This document shows, one piece after another, positions 59,841 to 64,000 of a stretch of DNA of 64,000 nucleotides. A program made the position numbers and the translations under genes. The notes beneath the pieces were generated by a model, which saw only the letters and a list, made by a program, of their open reading frames with translations, did not search any database and was not told the DNA's origin. Location: IMG/VR virus record IMGVR_UViG_3300033977_000108, positions 62,001 to 126,000 of that record; one strand, 5' to 3'. Positions within the stretch are counted from its first letter, which is position 1. Each line of letters begins with the position of its first letter.

Positions 59841-60571
59841 GTCCTTTTTAGCACGCCATTCTCAAAATGCCTGGAGCCGTGAGAAGTGGGGACTATGTTC
59901 TTTGGCGTGGGCGTTGGCTTACGAATAACCTGGCGTCTAGGCAGGATTGGTTTTGTGGCGGGGGCTGTGATTGGGTTCTTGGCATGAGTTTCCGTACCCT
60001 TGAAGCGGAAATCATAAAGGTAGATGGGCACAGGAATGGTAGTGCAGGTTCTTATGTGCTGGAATACTTCCATAGCCCATGCGCTATCTTCCCCATAGGA
60101 AATCTCTGGGAACTTGTGGGCTTTGGCGTGGGCGGCTAAAATAGGACAGACATGGTAGGGAGGTTTATTATACACACCTTCAATGGTAGGGCTCTCCTTG
60201 CCATAATCCATTGAATGCCTAAACATCTTAGGGTTTCTTAAGTCCCAAGTAATAATGCCGGTAATGCCTACAGCGTCAGGGGATGTTTTTACGGCGTCCA
60301 GGATGCGGGCTACATAATCGCCGGCAACTCGGTCATCGTCATCAACAAAGACCACATACTTGCCGCGGGCCATCTCAAGGAGTTTATTGCGCTTGGCGCC
60401 TACGGTAATCTCTTTATTATCAACCAGATAGATGATTTCTACTGATTCAGGATTGGGCAGGTATTTAATCTGGGCGTATAAGGATGCAAGCAATCCCTGG
60501 AGCAATTCTTTCCTGGCTTCCAGCGAACAAATGAGAATACTTAAAATAAGAGATTGTTCGGTCTCCGGCAT
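59837..60571 (-). CDS. GT2 glycosyltransferase with basic tail
   Basis: ILSILICS..GAKRN..GKYVVFVDDDD..GED; paralogue of the C-domain of 56956..58440. Confidence 0.85.
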   Translation of the reverse strand: MPETEQSLILSILICSLEARKELLQGLLASLYAQIKYLPNPESVEIIYLVDNKEITVGAKRNKLLEMARGKYVVFVDDDDRVAGDYVARILDAVKTSPDAVGITGIITWDLRNPKMFRHSMDYGKESPTIEGVYNKPPYHVCPILAAHAKAHKFPEISYGEDSAWAMEVFQHIRTCTTIPVPIYLYDFRFKGTETHAKNPITAPATKPILPRRQVIRKPTPTPKNIVPTSHGSRHFENGVLKRT

Positions 60572-61677
60572 TAAGTTGCATCCTCATCGCGGGCCCTCAT
60601 GATAGCTCGTATTCCATCTCTCAATTCAATGGTGCGTTGGTCTGTGGCGCCAATCAGTTGCCATAATCCCTGATGGTCGCGTTTCAAATCGTGGGCCGGG
60701 TCAAAGCGAATTCTGTCAAGGAAAGACCAGCGAGTAGCATAGCCTCTCTTGTTCTTTGATCCGTGATAGAAGTGGAACACATGGCCGGGCATAAAGCCTA
60801 CATTCTTCTTTATGTGGTCGGCGCATAGCTTGGCCCAATTTCGCACCATGCTATTATAGATAGTCAGGTGGTCTGTATGCTCGGCTATTGAGGATTCAAC
60901 ATGGCCTATAAGAGCCGTAGCCATATGCCAATCGGCAGATCCCATTATAGCCCAGTCAATCAGCATACCAACTTTGGCTAAGGAACTCCTACGCCAAGCC
61001 CAAGCCAACCCAGGCTGCCCCCAGAAGCCTTTTGCATAACCACCAGGGCCATAGGCAGCCTTGAATGGGATGGGGTCATGCCCGCCAGGCCTATGAGGCT
61101 CATTCTGCTTTGCAAACCATTCGGCTATAAAGCCTGGAAACATCAGCGTATCACGCGCGAACAGGTTCTTATCCCTTTGTCTCACGCCCATGGGCTCATA
61201 GTTGGCATTCAAGTCTTGTACTGTGCTGAACATCTGTATGACATCATAATGTTGCAGCAGATGTAGTGTTTCTTGTGCCCAGTCCTGGCGCGCGAACATA
61301 GCGTCGGCGTCAATAAAGGCTATGTATTGAGCCTCCGCCGGCAATCGCTGAACCATTAGATTCTGGGCGTTTTCTTTATACCAGAGCTCATCATGGGAGC
61401 GCAGCTGCAAATGGTGCGGATTGTCAGGCTGCGTTACTTCAAACTGGCGGCCACCAAAAGCTACCTCGGCGGTATATAAAACGGCACCGCCTGCCTCGAT
61501 TTGGCGTTCAAAATTATGATAGTTCTGATAACGAGAACGCCAACGGAGAGGATTGCTCACCATGGTGACAACATAAAGTTTGTCTGGGAAAGGGTGTATA
61601 CCGGGTTTGGCATGTGCAGGATGCTCAATATATGCCCCGGAACCCTCTGGAAAGTGTTTCAGGGGATGGGCATTCAT
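60571..61677 (-). CDS. GT-A-fold glycosyltransferase-like protein
   Basis: WYKENAQN..IAFIDAD..G.AWA..GSAD..HFYHG. Confidence 0.6.
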   Translation of the reverse strand: MNAHPLKHFPEGSGAYIEHPAHAKPGIHPFPDKLYVVTMVSNPLRWRSRYQNYHNFERQIEAGGAVLYTAEVAFGGRQFEVTQPDNPHHLQLRSHDELWYKENAQNLMVQRLPAEAQYIAFIDADAMFARQDWAQETLHLLQHYDVIQMFSTVQDLNANYEPMGVRQRDKNLFARDTLMFPGFIAEWFAKQNEPHRPGGHDPIPFKAAYGPGGYAKGFWGQPGLAWAWRRSSLAKVGMLIDWAIMGSADWHMATALIGHVESSIAEHTDHLTIYNSMVRNWAKLCADHIKKNVGFMPGHVFHFYHGSKNKRGYATRWSFLDRIRFDPAHDLKRDHQGLWQLIGATDQRTIELRDGIRAIMRARDEDAT

Positions 61678-61697
61678 GTTTAAATCCTAATAATCTT

Positions 61698-62501
61698 CTA
61701 TGCTGTAACTAAACTGACATCTGCTTCCAATTGCGCCAGGTCCAGTCCTGTAGGAGTTACTCCGCTCTTGGTGAACCAATCGGGAGTAATCAGAACATAA
61801 GCTTCGTCAAAATAATGATGGAGGAATGGCCAAGTCAACCCAAGCGTCTCGCCCCAAGTAACGCAGGTAAGACCTTGTACGCCGACACCATTGTTCTTTA
61901 GTAACGCGCGGATGGTATATTGTCCGATTGGTATGCAATGTCCGCCCCAACTGCCAGGAGCTGCGTTTGGATCGCTTCCAACCGGCGTATCAGCGTCCCA
62001 CCAGAGAGGAGGCGTGGCATCTGTCTGATTCTGCGCGGTTATTGGAAGATTGACGCCACAATAAATTCCACCGAACAAATCAGTGGCGATTTCTACTTCC
62101 TTTTCACTCTTTAGATTGACCGCGGCATAAGCTTCTAGTTTTATGCCGGCGATAGGATTATTTCTCCACCAGTTCAGCAGGTCTAAAATGACCAAGCCAT
62201 CGTCATTTGGGCTCAATTCCTTGTAAATACTGACTATCTGATCTTCGGTCGGGGTCACAGGACTGCCACAGGCCGTTGTCCAAAGCTGAATCATGTGGCC
62301 AATAGCCGCCAAAGTACAATCACCCAGCGTATCGTTGCCGTACATGGGCCAGCTGCTTACTTTGGTTAGCCAATCTATTGAAGACGCTGGCAAGGTCACC
62401 TGTGCTTTGGCAGGCTTTATCAGTTTGGTGATATACTTGCTCAATTGCAGAGTGCGAGGGTCTATCTTCGCGGGTTTCTTACCGAGCTTACGATTAGGCA
62501 T
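61698..62501 (-). CDS. Papain-like (C1-related) cysteine peptidase
   Basis: ND..GDCTLAA (Cys), GGHC (His), VTWG; AAGGAG RBS. Confidence 0.75.
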   Translation of the reverse strand: MPNRKLGKKPAKIDPRTLQLSKYITKLIKPAKAQVTLPASSIDWLTKVSSWPMYGNDTLGDCTLAAIGHMIQLWTTACGSPVTPTEDQIVSIYKELSPNDDGLVILDLLNWWRNNPIAGIKLEAYAAVNLKSEKEVEIATDLFGGIYCGVNLPITAQNQTDATPPLWWDADTPVGSDPNAAPGSWGGHCIPIGQYTIRALLKNNGVGVQGLTCVTWGETLGLTWPFLHHYFDEAYVLITPDWFTKSGVTPTGLDLAQLEADVSLVTA

Positions 62502-62520
62502 ACGAACTCCTTCAAAGAAT

Positions 62521-62597
62521 TGGTGGCGGGGACTGGATTTGAACCAGTGATTTCTTGATTATGAGCCAAGCGAGATACCAGACTTCTCTACCCCGCT
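62521..62597 (-). tRNA. tRNA-Met(CAT), initiator-like, CCA encoded
   Basis: AGCGGGG-TA-GAGA..TCTC-G-CTTGG-CTCATAA-TCAAG..ACTGG-TTCAAAT-CCAGT-CCCCGCC-ACCA; 77 nt. Confidence 0.93.
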
Positions 62598-62602
62598 AAA
62601 AC

Positions 62603-62755
62603 TTATTTACCTTGAAACGGAGACTGGGTGGTTCTATACGGCTTCTTGCCGCCGGCTTTGAATACACCAATCTTACCTGGGCCATCACTCTTGCCTGGGG
62701 ATGGATTCTTTACAGGATTAGGGCCTTTGGCTGCCCCGGATGCTCTTGCGCCCAT
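62603..62755 (-). CDS. Basic microprotein E (50 aa)
   Basis: MGARASGAAKGPNPVKNPSPGKSDGPGKIGVFKAGGKKPYRTTQSPFQGK; AAAGGT RBS. Confidence 0.8.
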   Translation of the reverse strand: MGARASGAAKGPNPVKNPSPGKSDGPGKIGVFKAGGKKPYRTTQSPFQGK

Positions 62756-62756
62756 G

Positions 62757-62885
62757 TTATTTACCTTTCTTTTGATAAGGTGGCTGTGTGGTACAGTAGG
62801 GCTTTTTGCCCCCGCCCTTGAACACACCTACCTTGCCAGGCCCGTCGGACTTACCTGGGCTGGGATTTTTATAGGGATTGGCCAT
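62757..62885 (-). CDS. Basic microprotein D (42 aa; not in the ORF track)
   Basis: MANPYKNPSPGKSDGPGKVGVFKGGGKKPYCTTQPPYQKKGK; AAGGAGG RBS. Confidence 0.85.
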   Translation of the reverse strand: MANPYKNPSPGKSDGPGKVGVFKGGGKKPYCTTQPPYQKKGK

Positions 62886-62896
62886 TGGAGGCCTCC

Positions 62897-63052
62897 TTAC
62901 TTGGATTTCTTCTGGAAAGGCGGAGCAGCGCCTTTGAACGCAGGCTTCTTCTCGCCTTTGCCGCCGGCCTTGAACTTGCCCACCTTGCCAGAGCCTGTGG
63001 TTTTCTTCACGGGCTTTTTCTTATCGAACTCGGATGGATTGAACATATCCAT
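62897..63052 (-). CDS. Basic microprotein C (51 aa; not in the ORF track)
   Basis: MDMFNPSEFDKKKPVKKTTGSGKVGKFKAGGKGEKKPAFKGAAPPFQKKSK; AAGGAG RBS. Confidence 0.8.
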   Translation of the reverse strand: MDMFNPSEFDKKKPVKKTTGSGKVGKFKAGGKGEKKPAFKGAAPPFQKKSK

Positions 63053-63072
63053 TTAGGTTCTCCTTGTTGCGT

Positions 63073-63276
63073 TTATTTGCCCTTGCCGGACTTCGTGAAG
63101 GCGCCGCGAGGCTTGAATGCCTTGGCGGGAGCCTGATTAACCGGAGGTGGCAGAGCATGCGGATCCGTGCCATGGTGTCTTCTTCCTGGCCCTGTAGCAG
63201 TTGGGTTCATGAAACTACCGACTTTCCCTGGACCATCACTTTTACCCGGGCTTGGATTCTTATAAGGATTAGACAT
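63073..63276 (-). CDS. Basic microprotein B (67 aa)
   Basis: MSNPYKNPSPGKSDGPGKVGSFM..DPHALP; AAGGAG RBS. Confidence 0.85.
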   Translation of the reverse strand: MSNPYKNPSPGKSDGPGKVGSFMNPTATGPGRRHHGTDPHALPPPVNQAPAKAFKPRGAFTKSGKGK

Positions 63277-63769
63277 GTTCGTCTCCTTTATTTTCGTATT
63301 GTTTTAGGTATTCAATCATACCTGATAATTTTCGTATGCTACTGCTGAATAGACCTTCTCCGCAGTTGCAACTAAAGCAAAGAATACCACGTATTCTGCC
63401 TGTTGCATGATCATGATCTGTTTGCCAGCCTTTTGGCCCTGGATCTGTAGTTAGACAGCCTGGATTGGCACAGCGTCTGCCTTGTCTTTCAAACAAGGCC
63501 TCCCACATTTCCTCAGATATACCATATTTCTTCTTTAACATATATCTTCGTTGTATGGAAGCATAGCCTGGCTTTCCTTTCTTTCTTTGCGCATGTATCC
63601 TATCATACGCTTTTGCTTTGTCTGGATTTTTCTTCTCCCATGACTTCTTTTGTTCGTTGCTGCATTTCTTACACCAGCATTTCAGCCCATCTGGTTTCCT
63701 TTTGTCCTTATAAAACGGACCAGGACCGCCACATTTAGGACAAATCTTCGTCTTGATGGGTTCTATCAC
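63269..63769 (-). CDS. Endonuclease VII-like homing endonuclease
   Basis: CPKC..CKKC; KKYGIS..Q..RCA..DHDHATGRIRGILCFSCN. Confidence 0.88.
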   Translation of the reverse strand: MIEPIKTKICPKCGGPGPFYKDKRKPDGLKCWCKKCSNEQKKSWEKKNPDKAKAYDRIHAQRKKGKPGYASIQRRYMLKKKYGISEEMWEALFERQGRRCANPGCLTTDPGPKGWQTDHDHATGRIRGILCFSCNCGEGLFSSSIRKLSGMIEYLKQYENKGDEHV

Positions 63770-63951
63770 TAGTTTATCTTTTTCCCAGTTCTTTGTGGCA
63801 TTGCATGAGGATCTCCAGACGGATAAGAATGTCTCAAACCAGGACCTTCTTTCCTTACCTTGCCAGGATTAGGGCCTTTCATGAACGTACCGATGTGCCC
63901 AGAGCCCTCGCCCTTGCCAGATGGCTGGGGATTCTTGTATGGATTCGGCAT
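63769..63951 (-). CDS. Basic microprotein A (60 aa)
   Basis: MPNPYKNPQPSGKGEGSGHIGTFM..DPHAMP; GAGG RBS before ATG 63951. Confidence 0.8.
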   Translation of the reverse strand: MPNPYKNPQPSGKGEGSGHIGTFMKGPNPGKVRKEGPGLRHSYPSGDPHAMPQRTGKKIN

Positions 63952-64000
63952 TTTAGTCCTCTCTATTATGCAGTCACTGACAGCTCGCAAACTGCGTCAA

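Noticed and set aside
63269-63300. Terminal duplication at the endonuclease VII, Vsr-like and first GIY-YIG genes
   Set aside because: Their C-termini do not match the upstream gene ends; they simply overlap or abut the next gene's start region.
62612-63348. Plus-strand ORFs over the microprotein array
   Set aside because: Antisense shadows of the - strand genes, which have RBSs and paralogy.
62603-63951. CRISPR-like or non-coding repeat array
   Set aside because: Repeats vary at third codon positions and lie in RBS-led ORFs; there is no constant repeat-spacer period.
1-64000. Stop-codon reassignment, inteins, introns or a diversity-generating retroelement
   Set aside because: Genes tile densely in the standard code with all three stops. 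I saw no intein termini, split genes, reverse transcriptase or adenine-variant repeat pair by eye.

Overview
This window is the morphogenesis region of a large contractile-tailed (myovirus-like, probably jumbo) bacteriophage. It uses the standard genetic code with dense, translationally coupled genes. The + strand (1-56774) runs as follows: a Gly-Tyr-Thr collagen-like fibre, a GIY-YIG endonuclease, three glycosyltransferase (GT) genes, neck genes, a secreted trypsin-like protease, tail terminator, sheath, three tube-like paralogues, two chaperones, two ~1600-aa proteins at the tape-measure position, a 1888-aa hub/lytic transglycosylase, baseplate and fibre genes, a methyltransferase, GT10, GT31, and Vsr-like and HNH endonucleases. 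The - strand (56771-63951) carries five paralogous basic microproteins split by an endonuclease VII gene, an initiator-like tRNA-CAT, a papain-like peptidase and four GT genes. Most notable: (1) a putative single-chain two-barrel RNA polymerase (GDK..K, R-x-P, DFDAD) next to a DEDDh-exonuclease giant protein at the tape-measure locus; (2) the NPYKNPSPGKSDGPGK microprotein array upstream of a peptidase and GTs; (3) about 13 GT domains, suggesting virion or peptide glycosylation; (4) homing endonucleases whose C-termini duplicate the end of the upstream gene; (5) a repeated intergenic ATACTAACCAGG motif. All calls come from reading motifs and synteny by eye; no searches were run.
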